DNA of 63,940 bases, the filler included, from Catajapyx aquilonaris (Eukaryota), in the NCBI GenBank assembly GCA_000934665.2. It is 3 parts of 3 records of this genome, joined end to end, with 100 filler letters (N's around TTAATTAATTAA, not from the genome) between each part and the next. Parts side by side here need not be neighbours in the genome. Positions count along the whole stretch, not along the records: positions 17,272 to 34,441 come from JYFJ02007012.1; positions 34,542 to 63,940 come from JYFJ02007013.1; 1 more part is not named here. One strand, 5' to 3'. This document shows positions 24,979 through 37,990 of the stretch, one piece after another. Below the pieces are notes generated by a model that saw only the letters and a list, made by a program, of their open reading frames with translations, did not search any database and had not been told where the DNA came from. Numbering within the stretch: position 1 is the first letter of the stretch; each line of letters starts with the position of its first letter. The translations under genes and the position numbers were made by a program.

Positions 24979-27900
24979 TCACTCAAAAGAGCGTGAAGCA
25001 GCCAACAATGCGCAAACTTGATCGACAAGTTCATCGATCCGTGGACTCTGACCCTTGAACTTGGATGGATCTGGCCCAATCATCTTGACCAGTGGTGGAA
25101 CCTCCGAGTGGGCCAACTGACAAAACCGCAGAAGTGCCTTCATGCACCGCCAAACCTGTTCCTCAGGTGGATTTCCATTAAAGAACTGCAGGATGGCCAT
25201 TGCCAGCTCCGTTGCTACGTCATCAAACACCTGCAACAGACTTGCCATGAATGACCTGGAGTATGACTGAAAGGATGGTGCACCCACAGATCCCTCTGTT
25301 TGGGATATTCCAAGTAATGGGACCAGGAGAAGCTCTGGCCTTGACTACAATAATTATATTCTTGAGCTGTTGCACCGATCATTCAAAAGTTAGTCAACAT
25401 GGCATTATACTTCACATACCTGGTGTTGCAATTGAAAAAGGCCATTTTATTTAGCAATTTTTTAAGCCACTAAAGCTGCTCATTTTTAGTAGTACTTTTG
25501 CTGGTTATCAAGATTAACAGCTCATATTGAGTTGAATCATCTGTCCAAACTCTGAATTGCAATGAATTTCAATTTGAAACTGACCCAATTTTTTGCAGGC
25601 AAATCCCCCTTGCAGGTGAGAAAAAGGTGGGTCCATGTGATCTAATATCAGCTAAAGATTTCAATAACCATCGAAAGTAACTGCTTAAAAATAAACAGCT
25701 TACTACCAAGAAATTGCTAATGAAATGGGCATTTTAATTGGTACAGTCTGTATAACTGAAAGACAATTTTGGTCTGACAGATCAAACCTTTCATTTCATG
25801 CAGCACAGGTAAGTCTAGACATCCAGCTGTAATGTAATAGTGCCCAAGTTAAATTCTCCAAAGTGCAACTATAGAGCTGAGAAGTAAGATTGGTTCTGAC
25901 ACAGATTGTTAAAAGACAATAAAAAGAAAGGATAGCATTGTTCCCATTCCTTGGAATGTCAAAAATAGAGGGTGTCTGTTGGGCGCACCTTAGAACGTGC
26001 GCCTTTCGGCAACAAGCGTCGTAGGCCTTGGTGGCGATGGAAATTCTGCAAGCATTTGTTGGTGGGTGGATTGGTATGAAAAAGAGGGGGATACGAACCG
26101 CGCTCTTTACCTCCTTGACGGCCAGGTTGTACAGGAGGGCTGAACCAAGATCCTGCATGACTGCAGAGGACTCGCTCAGGAGGGCATGAACAGCCAGTTT
26201 GGTCGTCACTCGAATGTTGCTTAGAGGCCTTGGCCCCTGGGAGGATGGCCACTCTGATATGTACAGGAGCCACTCGGATGTGCTCAGGTTCTCAAACAAG
26301 TTGCAGGTTAGAAGAGCAAGCGCCTCTTGTTCCTTTAATGGCAGGCGATCACAATCTGAGGCATATGACATGAGGACATGCTCACGCCTATCTTGATGCA
26401 GCAGCAGAATGACATCATCTCTGGTAGCAGCAAGAATTGCCAATGCACGTAGAAAAGCAATTCTCACTTCCTGTCCCAGGGAGGTGTCCTGAAGGATACG
26501 GCCGGCAAAGCTGAGGAAATAGTCCCCCAGTGCCCAGCTACCTTCCCCTTCCAGTGCATACTGGCGAAGTTCACGTAGGCTCTGGGCCTCCTCACCAGAC
26601 AGGCGGCCTGAACTGAGACGTTCCAGGGCATCCAGCTCAGCCCCAACCTAGCAAGTAATTGAATTCAACCACACATGTTAGGTCATTCAAAAATTGTAAG
26701 ACTTTTCCTGTTTGACTTCAGGAGCAGGATGCTGTGAATCTACCCATGACAGGTATCCAAGGGGTCAGATAATAATTATATTCCTTGCCAACATTACATG
26801 CTTAACTTCTGTATGGACAAGCTCATTACTATGGATTACATGTACAGTGGACAGTGGGCATCATAATATAACAGCCTTATAACACTTATAACGGACTTTC
26901 GGTTATAACAGACTCAAAAGGGTGGTCCTGGCAAACTTCCATAAGGCCCAGTGTATTTTTACTCCTGATATAACACTCATTTTTCCCTCACCATGGCTAT
27001 AACATACCATTTTTTGGCCCCACGGTGAGAAAATATGCCATTTTTGATTATTCAACTTCCTTTCTCATGTGCAGGAAGGCAGAGAATACAAGAGGAGTGT
27101 GATTTTCGCATCTGTCACTGATCTAAGTTACTCAAAATCATACCTTGTCTGGTATATTTGGCAACAAGGAGACAGAAGAAAATTTAATTATTTTTTTTGG
27201 CTCTGCCTAATTTACTGGTGAGCTAATTTTGCATTTTTGTGAATAGTTTCATTAATAAATGCAGTAGTGTGCATTATAAGCATATGGAAAGCTGAAAACT
27301 TGTGTATTCGTTGCAAAAGTGGCGATTTGGCTATAACAAATCTCAGTTATAACAGGCTTTTTTCCACTGTCCCTTGAAGTCTGTTATATATGGAGTCCAT
27401 TGTATTATTATTATGTTCATAGTTTTGCCATATTGGTATTTGCCATAAGGAAAGAACTTGTTGATTTGCACTGCAGGCAACACATCTATCTCACGTGTGG
27501 AAATGCTCAAATGATCATCTGTTTACCTTGACATATTAGTTAACACAGTTTGGTAATCATTTTCACCACTGCTTATTAATTAATAATTAATAATAATTAA
27601 TAATGCCACCTGGGAGTGGTTACATGATGAATGGGTAATCCAAAGCAAATGGCTGTCCTAAATTATTCACACAGGATTAATTACTTGTTCTGAATTTTCT
27701 TTCAATCGTGCTGCCAGCCCCTACGCAGCTTTTTGCGGAGTGTTTTTCCTCTCCAAAAGTGGCCAGTGTTGACAAGATGTAAGTAAAAAGTAATTGTACA
27801 ACTGCTACTAAAAGAAAAGCCATGCACAACATTATGCTCACTAATATGAACATTTTTATCCACACAGTTGAAGTAGGGTTTATTAAACAACATTGATTCT

Positions 27901-28180
27901 TTTTAAACACATTTCTATTGATTTCTGCACTTGAGAACATCTCCACTCAAGATAAAAGGAACTCAAACTGGAATGAGGAAATAGCATGAGCTACTTTCAG
28001 AGGGGTGAAACAAGACTAGGGAATTCTTGAATGATGCAGGCCCCAGAACTGCATTGGAAAAATGCCAGTATGTGTTATACGCCAGGATCAGGTTCCTGTA
28101 CAGGTCATTTACTCCATTGGTAAATTTGGTGCTTTTGCAAAATCCTGATGGGCTTATCTCGTATTTTGATATAAAAGTAA

Positions 28181-28256
<76 letters not shown>

Positions 28257-31134
28257 GGGTGTGTGTGTGTGTGTTTATTACTGCACCCCTGCGATGTTAT
28301 TCCATCAAGATAATAATAATAATAACAATAATAATAATAATAATAATAATAATGCAAAACCCGTGATAAGCCTCCTTGGGCTTTTTAGGGGATCATCTTT
28401 TTAATTAACCGACTTTAATCATTGCCTGCGCTGTGATGGATTTTGAAAGCGGGAGGAAACAGGAGAACCCATCGAAACTCTATCCACATAAGTATCCTCC
28501 ATCCGACCTGGGGATCGAACTCAGGACCTCAGATGTGGAAGGCTGAGGCGCTAACCACTACACCGCCGTGTCACCCGTCAAAAGTAAAATAAATATCTAA
28601 TAGTGAATTTTGATATTCTTACATCAATTCCATCTCTGAAGACAATTGGTGGTTCCCTTTGCTTCTTCCTCTCCTGGTCTTTGCGCCTTTCCTCTTCCTC
28701 TTCTGCTTCTACCTCAGCCACCAGAGCATTTTTCTTCCTTCCACCAGTTATGACCTCTTCATCCTCTCCCTCAGCTCCTCTACCATCTGCTCCCCCTCCC
28801 CCACCGTCCACGACTGTCGCCTCCTCAGCCATATTGTCGACACTGTAGCAATTAAGGTATACATTGGATGAGTTCTCATTTAAACTGGAAGGGGCATTTG
28901 GATGAGCACACTGTTAGTCATAGTCAAATAAAATGTAACTAGACTCTCACCAGGGAAACAAAAAGCTAACAACGTGCAAGGGTCACACTTGCAATAGGCT
29001 AACAACCTTTTAAGAACCGTGGTTGAAGCTTTGCCTCACAGGCAGGACTGGTCAAAGAGAGGGTCACACACGAGGTCAGCAACCTCTTCCGAACACGACT
29101 GGACTTTCGCTTGGCAAGCAGGCACTAACTGAGTGCGGACAGAAGGACCAGAACAAAAGGTCTGTCTGCCAGGCTAGTGGGTGTAACAACCTGGGTGTCT
29201 AATTTTATTTGTGTTTTCCACTCCACCCTTGCTGGTTTAAAAATAAGTCCTAGCCTCTGGCAGAAACTGCACTTCCATTCTCTGCATCTGTGCAAGAAGC
29301 ATTAATCACGCACATGTGTTAAGGGGTAGTCGGGCACACACGAGGGTTAATACTTGGGTGCCCCTGACCTTCCCCTGCTCTCCCTTCGCTTCTTCTTCTC
29401 CTTCTTTTTCTTCTTCTTGTCACTTCGCAACAGACGCTCGTTCAGTGAGGTCCTGCGCTCCTGAAGTGCGGCTGAGCTGCGTCTTTATGCACGTTGCAGG
29501 TAGCACACAGTGGGGGGGTGGGGCAAATGGATTGGGGGGGCATGGAGAATGCTGAGTCTGCACTTTTTTCTCTCTGAATGCCATCTTGTTACTCACCTGA
29601 TCTCTTCAATCTGGGCGTTAAGTTGGGCCAACTCCGGTGACTCGTCCCTGTCACGACGGGAATGAGACGGTGGCGAGTCCTTCCCCGCCACTCCGTTGGC
29701 GACACTGTGTCCGTTTGACACTCTGTTAGACACACCGTTAGACACGCCGTTTGGCGTTCCAGATGATGATGCTGATGACAATGGGTCCAGGCTCAGACCA
29801 AGCAATGGCTGCAGTGTTTGTCCTAGGGGACTAAATTTTGGGACATTAACAATTTATTTATATTAATAAAACAAAAAACTGGTTTCACACATAATTTTTC
29901 ATAACAAAGCGAGGCAATAATATTATGTCACTCTCAGGGTGGTTTTAATTATGATAAATCATCTACGAAAAATCAGATTTTTCAAAGCTATGATAATTTT
30001 ACTTCACAGTATCACAAATTTTTAAAAGAACCTTAAAAACAATTTTGCCTGATGTGACTTTAGCCATTAATATTATATCTCAAAAAATGATACTATTCAA
30101 TAACAGCATTTTAAATGAGCATTTCTTCTAACAAATAACAGGATAGAAAATTTGAAGCAAATCAATATTGTTGCAACGAGATTTATCTTATAATTTACCT
30201 CTTTAAAAACTGACAATCCTATATACAACTGAACAATCACTTAATAACTTGATTTTGCATAATATGCTAATATATTGTTACAAAAAGTGGATATATTTCT
30301 CACAAACAAGAATCTACATTACTGGACATTATTTCTTATTAAAAAAGAGGTAGCATGACCAAATACATACGTGCTAAGTATTTCAGCTGGAAGGTCCAAG
30401 ATGTATTTGGGAATTCCGTTTCCACAGAGAAATGTGGACACTTCGTCTGAGAAGGCGTTGCAGTTGTGCTTAAGCAAGTCGTAGCTGGAAGGCCTGTGAG
30501 GGTTGGAAAATCATGGGGGGGAGTTCATTAGTGGGTGTTAAGGTGAGTTCAAGGGTGTAGGTGGGTTGGCTGACCTGAAGGTGCCTTCCTTCAAGGAGAG
30601 AATGTAGTCCACAAAGATGGCGTATGGTATGTGCGTGTCCCCCACGTTGATCACACGGTCCGGGTCTCCTAGTATTGTGCCTCCCTTTAAAAAATATACC
30701 AGATAAAGCTTAAAACTGAGGAACCTTCCCCCTTAGTACATCGCCCTCTTAAGCCTCACCCCACTCCCCCATCTCTCATTCCAAAGCCAAAGCATGCTAT
30801 TTTTGGAGATGCCTATTTTAGGTTCTGGCTAGAGCGGGCTAGAGTGTGGCTTAACTCCCACACACAACAAGCAGACTCCTGCACACGTATACGCACCGGT
30901 CGGCAGCTCTCAACGCCCCTAGACCCAAAGTAGTATTCCCTTCCGTAGGCGACAACTCCAGTGTGCCAAATGCCATCCAGATGCTTGCCTACGAAAGAGC
31001 TGAAACTGTACTTACTGTCATCATGCACTTGCATAAGACTCACCCAAAAGTGAATGTGACAGCATCTGCGCTAAACCCTTTGTGAGGTCGTACACGTGCA
31101 GCTGCACTGGCACCCCTACATCTTCAGGGTCCAT
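24979..31134 (-). CDS. DeSI1/PPPDE-family desumoylating isopeptidase with C-terminal helical (PUL/ARM-like) region
   Basis: Exons 31134-31044, 30988-30897, 30684-30575, 30493-30371, 29830-29597, ~29482-29369 (borders ambiguous by a few codons), 28842-28623, 26647-26099 and 25230-24979. VQLHVYDLTKGLA, GIWHTGVVAYGREYYFG (catalytic His) and YDLLKHNCNAFS (catalytic Cys), then EGEGSWAL, NLFE, RVTTKLAVHALL and VFDDVATELAMAILQFF. Confidence 0.9.
26845..27402. mobile_element. pogo/Tigger-like non-autonomous element in intron
   Basis: ta|cagtggac ... gtccattg|ta termini with repeated ttataac subterminal motifs. Confidence 0.6.
28186..28579 (-). mobile_element. SINE family B copy with compound (TTA)n tails
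   Basis: Homologous to 14770-15032. Flanked by the 13-bp direct repeat aaaagtaaaataa (28173-28185, 28580-28592), with two (TAA)n tracts. Confidence 0.75.
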
Positions 31135-32979
31135 CTTTGTTGCGTTTTAGGAGAGCAGGACGAAACACAGTTGGGGCCACCGACTCTGTTGAGCTTCTGC
31201 AGGATGGCCTTCTTGTGGTGCTGCTTTGGGTAGAGAGAGAGAAAGAAAGTAGAGATGCGGATGTTGGCCCGCATGCAAGGTTACTCATCTCCACACCCGC
31301 CTTCCTCTCAAGAATTTCTCAGGTGGACCTACAGGCTAGCATAAAAGTACACACACACCTCAAATGCTGTCAGTTGAATTTCTTACAGTTCTTAGAAACT
31401 TTATAAGAACATGATTTCTGCGCCTCATTTGTTACCTTAATAACTAATCAATGAGTCTATCTTCAATTCTTCATGTATCTTCTACCATTCTCTAAAAATA
31501 AGCAAAGCTGGATTGCATAAAAGGTGACCAATCCCTGAACAGGTAAATAATTAATCCTATGTGAGTAACATGGGGTCAACTCCTTGTTCCGCATTTACCT
31601 CGTTCATGCAACCAGCCCTAAATACACATCTGCCACAATAATTATCATCAGTTAAGTTCATAAACATGACATGACTGTTGACAGTAATGCTAATGTCACA
31701 TAAATATGCACATTGACCTTGTAAAAAGGAGTATAATCTACACTATCTCACTGCAAGTTATACACATACAACAAAACATTTGCACCCTGCACAATCCTTG
31801 GCAGATGAAAAAAAAGGCAGTCAACTCCATCACTTGTACCACGAGGTTTGCAGTCAGGTGCCCAAGGCCTTTGGCCCCAGCTGATCTATATGGAGCAGGT
31901 ATCCAAATAAACACTGCAACCCTCGCAACTTCTCATTGGAATGACATGACTGACTAATACTGTGCAAGGTAGCGAGGAGCATCCCCTGCAGTCATTTTAT
32001 GATACCTTTTCTTGGTCTGTTGGCGGCAAGTTGGGTTGGTCAGTGCACTATGAACGGGACGTGGTCCCAGACTCTCCAGCTGTTGTTTTGCTTTGGGTCG
32101 CAGGTGCAGGGCAGCAGCTGCCCCTGCCAGAAGACGACTCTCCCCTTTTTGCGATTGGCTGGCAAATGTCCCAGCCAGAATGTGCTGGGCTAAAAGTTTT
32201 TGGCAGATTGCTATGAAGCAGTTGAACCGTGGCCTCCTCCGTACGTGTCAAATGGGCAAAAGTGCAGCAGCAGACGATCCAACCCAGCCAGCCAGTTCTA
32301 TAACGTTCCTAATTGCCTGTGAGTGTGAGTCATCGCTCCCTCCTCGGGAGATTCCTTCCCATCGCGATGACTGGGCGAGCACCTGGGTCTTTTTTTAAAG
32401 GATGCAGCGTCATTACCCCCCAAGTCATCAGCTGAGCCTTCCTCTCTGTTTATTTGCGATTTGGTCCACTTTCTCAGATGATGACCACCCTCCATCTTTG
32501 ATCCACCTCCACGGTGGCCATGGTGGCCAGACGCACGGGATGTTTTCCCCAGAACGGGGGCAAGGGTGGCAACCATGGAGGCGGGACAACAACGTTTGTT
32601 TCATTGTTTTTGGAGCCAGGCGTCTGTCTTCTGATTCGTCCTTGGTCCTTGAGGACCGGTTCCCGGAGCAAAAAAAGAGGCCGGGGCTCATGCACCGATT
32701 GCATTGCACCTGAGTCACTTGCGCGCGACCCTTCTTATCCCCAGGGGGCAGTCTGTCTCTTTGTGTGTTCCCAACCCAAGGACGCCTTCTGGCTGGCAGC
32801 TGCAACAAGATAAGGGCATAAGGGGCACGTAGCAGCCTGTTGCTGGTGGTCGTGTTTGGGCAGAAGCACCTGATGCCTGAGGGCCTGGCCTGCACACTGC
32901 AACTCTGAGCAAGGTGATTTGTTGATTTGTTGAGGATGGGTACTAATATGTGATGGTGACTGCAAGTGTGGTAAGTATT

Positions 32980-33201
32980 CCGAAGAGGCCGCCAAAGAAT
33001 ACAGCAAATCTACATGTTTCACTGGAGCAAATGCTTACTCAACGTTTCGAGTAAAGCAGTACCAAAAGAGCAATCCTCAATATCAACCTCAAAAAGTTGG
33101 GTTTTCACCCCCAAAAAAGTCCTGCTTTACTCCACACGTTGAGTAAGCATTTGCTCCAGTGAAACATGTTGATTTGCTGTATTCTTTGGCGGCCTCTTCG
33201 G
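32980..33201. repeat. Near-perfect ~80-bp inverted repeat with ~62-nt loop
   Basis: 32980-33059 (ccgaagaggccgccaaagaatacagcaaatc...gagtaaagcag) is the reverse complement of 33122-33201 with only a few mismatches. Confidence 0.9.
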
Positions 33202-33549
33202 CATGTTCACCCCAAAGCCACACAGATATGCAACACCATTGTGCACCACAGGCCAACGATTGTTGTTGTGGCTTGGGCAATTAAGAGATTGGCAAAGCCA
33301 AAATAATGATCATGTAGTATGTGGTGCACGAGACATACAGTAATGTGAGGACACATCACAAACCCACAATAAGTTCCCAGCTTGCTATTATATGTCTTGC
33401 ATCTAACGAAAATCATTGGGAAATGCGACAGATTGTGCCTGGCAGGGCAATAAGACTGACAGTAATGGTGTGGTCACCCCAAAACCACACATGTGATTCA
33501 CCAACACAAAGTCACAAACTGCTCCAGGACCTGAAACCAATCATGTAGC

Positions 33550-34170
33550 CAGGGCCGGATTTAGGGGAAGGCTGAGTAGGCTGCAGCCTAGGGGCCCCCA
33601 CCACAATGGGGCCCCCACCACAAGAAATTTAATTAAAAAAAAACTATAGTACAGCCATTTTCAAACTGTAGTATGCCGTGGCCCGACTCCCTCAATTAAC
33701 ATAACGATACTGTATGTATTACACTGTTATTTGTGTCCTTCTTCCAGTGGCGTAACTACCATAGGGGCAGGTGGGGCGACTTCCCCAGGGCCCCCGAGCA
33801 AAGGGGCCCCCGAATTTTCCGACGAGTTTTAGAAAATTTTGAGGAAACCCACAAATCCATAATAGGCCTAACGTCTATAACCTATATTCTATATTCTATA
33901 AGACGTAAGAAAGCGGGTTCGATCCAATCAATTCGGGGTCTTAGCTCGTACTATCTCACTGTCAGACTCTCGCAGTCGCAGTGTCAGTAATCAGTATGGC
34001 ACAAAAACAATGAAAATGAGAAATCATTACATTAATAGTTAGCCTATACGTAATCATTACGTACATGGCACGTACATGGCACGTACATGGTATAACTTTC
34101 TTTGACCCCAGTGAAGAGGCCCCCACCACATTTCAGCCTACGAGCCCCCACCACACTTAATCCGGCCCTG
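33550..34170. mobile_element. hAT-type non-autonomous element with an internal second hAT end (~33745)
   Basis: TIRs cagggccggatt / aatccggccctg with perfect 8-bp TSD catgtagc (33542-33549, 34171-34178). Confidence 0.87.
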
Positions 34171-34441
34171 CATGTAGCCATGAAGCAGTGGAATGGAAGA
34201 GCAATTTCAAAATCAGCTTCAAAAACCACTTTCAATAGGGTTTTTCTCACAAAGAGTAGCCCTTGCTTACTACTAATCATGTCAAGTAAGTGTCGAGGAA
34301 TCACTTTCCCTGGTAAGAAACATAGATTTTCTCTGTTTTCTGCATAATGGGGAAGTAGCCTTCATTTTGGAAACTACATAATAAATTCGCCCATATTTTT
34401 TGGATTTTTTTGGCATATTCCGTTTTAAGATATCAGCTTTA

Positions 34442-34541
34442 NNNNNNNNNNNNNNNNNNNNNNNNNNNNNNNNNNNNNNNNNNNNTTAATTAATTAANNN
34501 NNNNNNNNNNNNNNNNNNNNNNNNNNNNNNNNNNNNNNNNN
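34442..34541. other. Artificial contig-joining spacer
   Basis: 44 N + TTAATTAATTAA + 44 N, identical to 17172-17271. Confidence 0.97.
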
Positions 34542-35290
34542 GGCTTCGCCAAGGAAGCCGCTTCACCCCAAACACCCTTACAGATGTGTCCTCGTCGTCC
34601 CCGCCGCTTTCCTCGCTCTCCTCGCTACTTATGTAGCCTTTCTTCAGGACTTTCAACATCATCTCCTTCTTTTTGGCCGTGTACTGGCATTTCTTATAGG
34701 CGTTTAATCGCCGGGTGAGCTTATGAAAATAAATAAGTTTTCTTTATAAATATACTTGTGAACCAACCGACTTATTAATTAATCACATGTAAGTGTGTCT
34801 TGCCTGATGATCAATAATAGATCAATCCCCTCTTTGTCGTCCCACGTGAGTGAGCCGCGTCTAATTTTTTGAACCACTTATTCACTTTGGGGCTTCGCCA
34901 AGGAAGCCCCTGCACTCCAAAGACCCTCGATGTGTCGTCGTCGTCGCCGCTGCTCTCCTAGCTTTCCTCGCTGCTTATGAAGCCTTTCTTCAAGACTTGC
35001 AACATCTTCTCCTTCTTTGTGGCCTTGTACTGGGATTTCTTGTAAGCGTTTAATCGCCGGGTGAGCTTCTGAAAATAAATAAGTTCTCTTTATAAATATC
35101 CCTCTGAGAACTAACCGACTTAACTAATCACATATAAGTGTGTCGTGCCTGATCGATAATATAATATTTTATCTCATGCTGTCTATGTACAGGTTGTATT
35201 GTATAATACAGAATATGATGCCAATAATAAATGAATCAGAAAAAGAGAAGTCAGACTTGCACACACCTCACAATTTACGAATACGTCAGT
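34542..35290 (-). repeat. Two tandem copies of an exon+intron unit encoding KLTRRLNAYKKSQ...SSEES...LPWRSPKVNKWF; further copies at ~44680-44905 and ~46930-47440
   Basis: ggcttcgccaaggaagc recurs at ~34542, 34892, 44827 and 47068. Minus-strand acceptor tttcag|aagctcacccggcga. Some copies carry stops or frameshifts. Confidence 0.8.
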
Positions 35291-36609
35291 ATTTCATAAC
35301 CCGAGCAACGCCGGGTATCCTGCTAGTAACAGCGATAAACTGAATGAAAATGGTAAAACTTTGGCAAGAGACACAAAATGCAAGAAAAAAGGCTCAGCAG
35401 GTACCTTATTTCTTCTGAACGATTTTGGTCCTTTCAGCTAGGTCAGTTTCAGGTGCACCCAAAAAAACCCAAAAATGTGCTATCAGGGAATAGGGCCAAA
35501 AAGTTCAAAAACTATACCAAAAGAGGCCAAATAGGCATGAAAAGGCGCAAAAAAGGCAATTTATATGCAAATTCGATCCTGCCTGTATAGCGAGCATCAA
35601 GTGTGGCGAATAATCAAATATCGTGTCCGGGTCAATTTGCAAATAAATCCTCATGTGTCAATATTTTTCACCAATGTTTTATTGCGCGAAATATTCTCTT
35701 GCCTTTGGCCTTTTTCAAATGTACTCCCTGCACATGGTGGTCCACTTCTTCCATGGAAAAGAGCGGACTCCAGTTTGTACCATTCTCTCGCCGCACTGCC
35801 AGATCCCGCCGGCGGAGGCTCCGGAAGTTCCCAACTGCACCAATCCGAACACTTACGCTTGTTACACAAATAGTCAAATCTTCTAACTGTATGCACATCC
35901 TGAGATGGGCCCAGGTCCTACGAAATAACGGAGGCACAGCTTCTGCAGGGTTGGGGCACTCTTAATCAAGGCGAGTTCTCATTACACATTTATTGAGCAG
36001 TACATGACAATGGTTATAGGCATTTACAGACACGTTCAGGATGACCACCCCTACTTATGGCTGGACATGGGACCAGGCCTTCACTGGTTACGCGTACACA
36101 GTGTACTGACACCCATACTCACTGCTGCTGGTGGCGCTGGCGTCTCTCGGCTTCAGGAATATCTTGGGACTCTTCTGTGCCTCTGGACTGATCCAGATGA
36201 CTGCTCGACCGTTCCTCCGACGTTACTCCCAACGTTCGACTCCCAGACATCCGACTTCACGCTCGGCTTGTCCACGCTCGACCCGAACTGGCCGATTCTC
36301 TCTCCTTATATCCTCCTGATATTTTCGGTTTCTCCCAGATAATCGGGTTTGAGGGTCCTTGTATAGGCTCAAACGGCATGACTTTCCCTTCTTTTCCGGG
36401 TTGCAGGACACTAGGTAGTCAACAGGATTCATTCCATTACTCTAGGCTATGGCTCCATGTTGACTTGCCCTTGGTGGTTGTTCCCGGTCCAGTCTCCCTT
36501 TTACTTCCGTTTTCTCTTCCGGTTGGGCCACACATCTCCTCAATCATGCACTCACAATCACAATCTATGTCATTTTTTTGGTCAGTGGGAAGGGATGGTA
36601 CTGAGAGCG

Positions 36610-37265
36610 CCTGAACATACCAATCGAGAGCATCATCATCTCTCCAATCGTCCCCAAATCGTAGCTGTAGTAGTTTTTCGACGTCCTTTTTCTTATCACC
36701 TTTGATATGGCTGCACATGGCGAGTTCAGGTGGCTCCTGCACTTGACTCATTCGGGTAACCAACGGTTCAAACTTCTTGGAAGGGTCGTCATTTCGAAAG
36801 GTCGGCTCCCATTTTTATTTTCACCGACTGTTCTGATTTGAGAACAGTTTTTTCCAGCAAAATCCACTTCATTTCCTGATTTCTTTCATTTGGCCCATGT
36901 CTTTTGCCAATATCTTGTAATCTTGGATCTTCCAATCCACTCCTAGGTGTTTCACTTGCCCTGTCTGACAGTACAGCTGATGATATTTTTCTGGAGAAAT
37001 AGTTTCAGATTCTTTGCGCAAGTTCTTCTCCACTTGGCCAAAGACTGTCTGCTGGGAGGTATGAGTGCCCCCGTACTGGGCAGACAATAAGCACAGATTG
37101 AACACCTTTTGGAGAGTACTTGTACAGCCACCAGGCAATAGCATGAATGACATGCATGTTCTTGTTTTGCCCACCACACCCGTCGGCGAAAAGTGTGAGG
37201 CATGTGATGGACTCATCGAATGGGAAATTCCGTAAGAAATGAACCAAAGCGTATGACACTTCCAC
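36610..37265 (-). mobile_element. Degenerate DDE transposase fragment (Sola-like, DxCxGQNKN type)
   Basis: LTLFADGCGGQNKN, PVRGHSYLPAD..FGQVEK and IKGDKKKDVEKLL...W, spread over frameshifted ORFs. Confidence 0.7.
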
Positions 37266-37309
37266 TGATTCCTAAGCATCCAACAATGCATCTACTGTAC
37301 ATCTAAGAA

Positions 37310-37790
37310 TACACAATTAATATGAACTCGGCTAGAATTGTCAAAATAAATGGCATGGTCTCCTTTTGGTACCCATGACGGGGGGTGTTCCAGCCAGGCA
37401 TATCTTGTGCCATGAGTCGCGTAGGAACTTGCGTATTTACCAGTGAAGAGAATGCGTATAACTCGGCTTGAGTCGCCCAGACACTCAAGGTTTTCATATG
37501 AGCCACATGCTTCTTAAAATCTGGCTCGAACACGTAGCACTCCAATTTTTTCTGCTTATTGTCTTAAGTGATCCACAACTAGGTTTCGAAGTTGCTCGTG
37601 GAAATTTTCGCTCCCAGTGATAATATAACTCATGCATCGAAATGCACAATTCCAATCACCTGCAATTGTCTTTATTTTTATTGGGGCTCCTATCTGCTGT
37701 CCTGGAGTCACACTACTCATTTTAACCGTGACTTGGACACTCAAACCCAAATTACCAGCGATCGCGTCTTGCCACGTTCTACTGATAGGT
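37310..37790 (-). pseudogene. Degenerate OTU cysteine-protease fragment (type carried by Helitrons and other large elements)
   Basis: IAGDWNCAFRCMSYIITGSENFHEQLRNLVV, then after a stop/frameshift VWATQAELYAFSSL. Confidence 0.7.
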
Positions 37791-37810
37791 TTGAAAAATC
37801 GCGGGTCTGC

Positions 37811-37990
37811 TAAAGGCATAGGCAGATAATTCGCACTGTCTTTGTACGTTACATTTCCATCGCTCATCCACATTACCTTGAGACCATTAGCAATAATGGA
37901 TGGCACCCTACCTTGTCTCGTAGCCTGATCTCTAAGTATGAATTGTCCATCGAATCCCTTTAGATTGTGGGGAATGACTGACATCTTTTA
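37811..37990 (-). mobile_element. Protein-primed family-B DNA polymerase fragment (Polinton/Maverick/adintovirus type)
   Basis: HNLKGFDGQFIL (Exo II) ... IIANGLKV ... YKDSANYLPMPL. Confidence 0.75.

Noticed and set aside
31960..32900. Cluster of overlapping short ORFs in GC-richer sequence
   Set aside because: No recognisable motif or consistent frame; probably decayed repeat, family not assignable.
37556..37984. 142-aa ORF that looks like a polymerase-protease fusion
   Set aside because: Chance in-frame junction of two truncated fragments; both domains are incomplete and the OTU part is disrupted.
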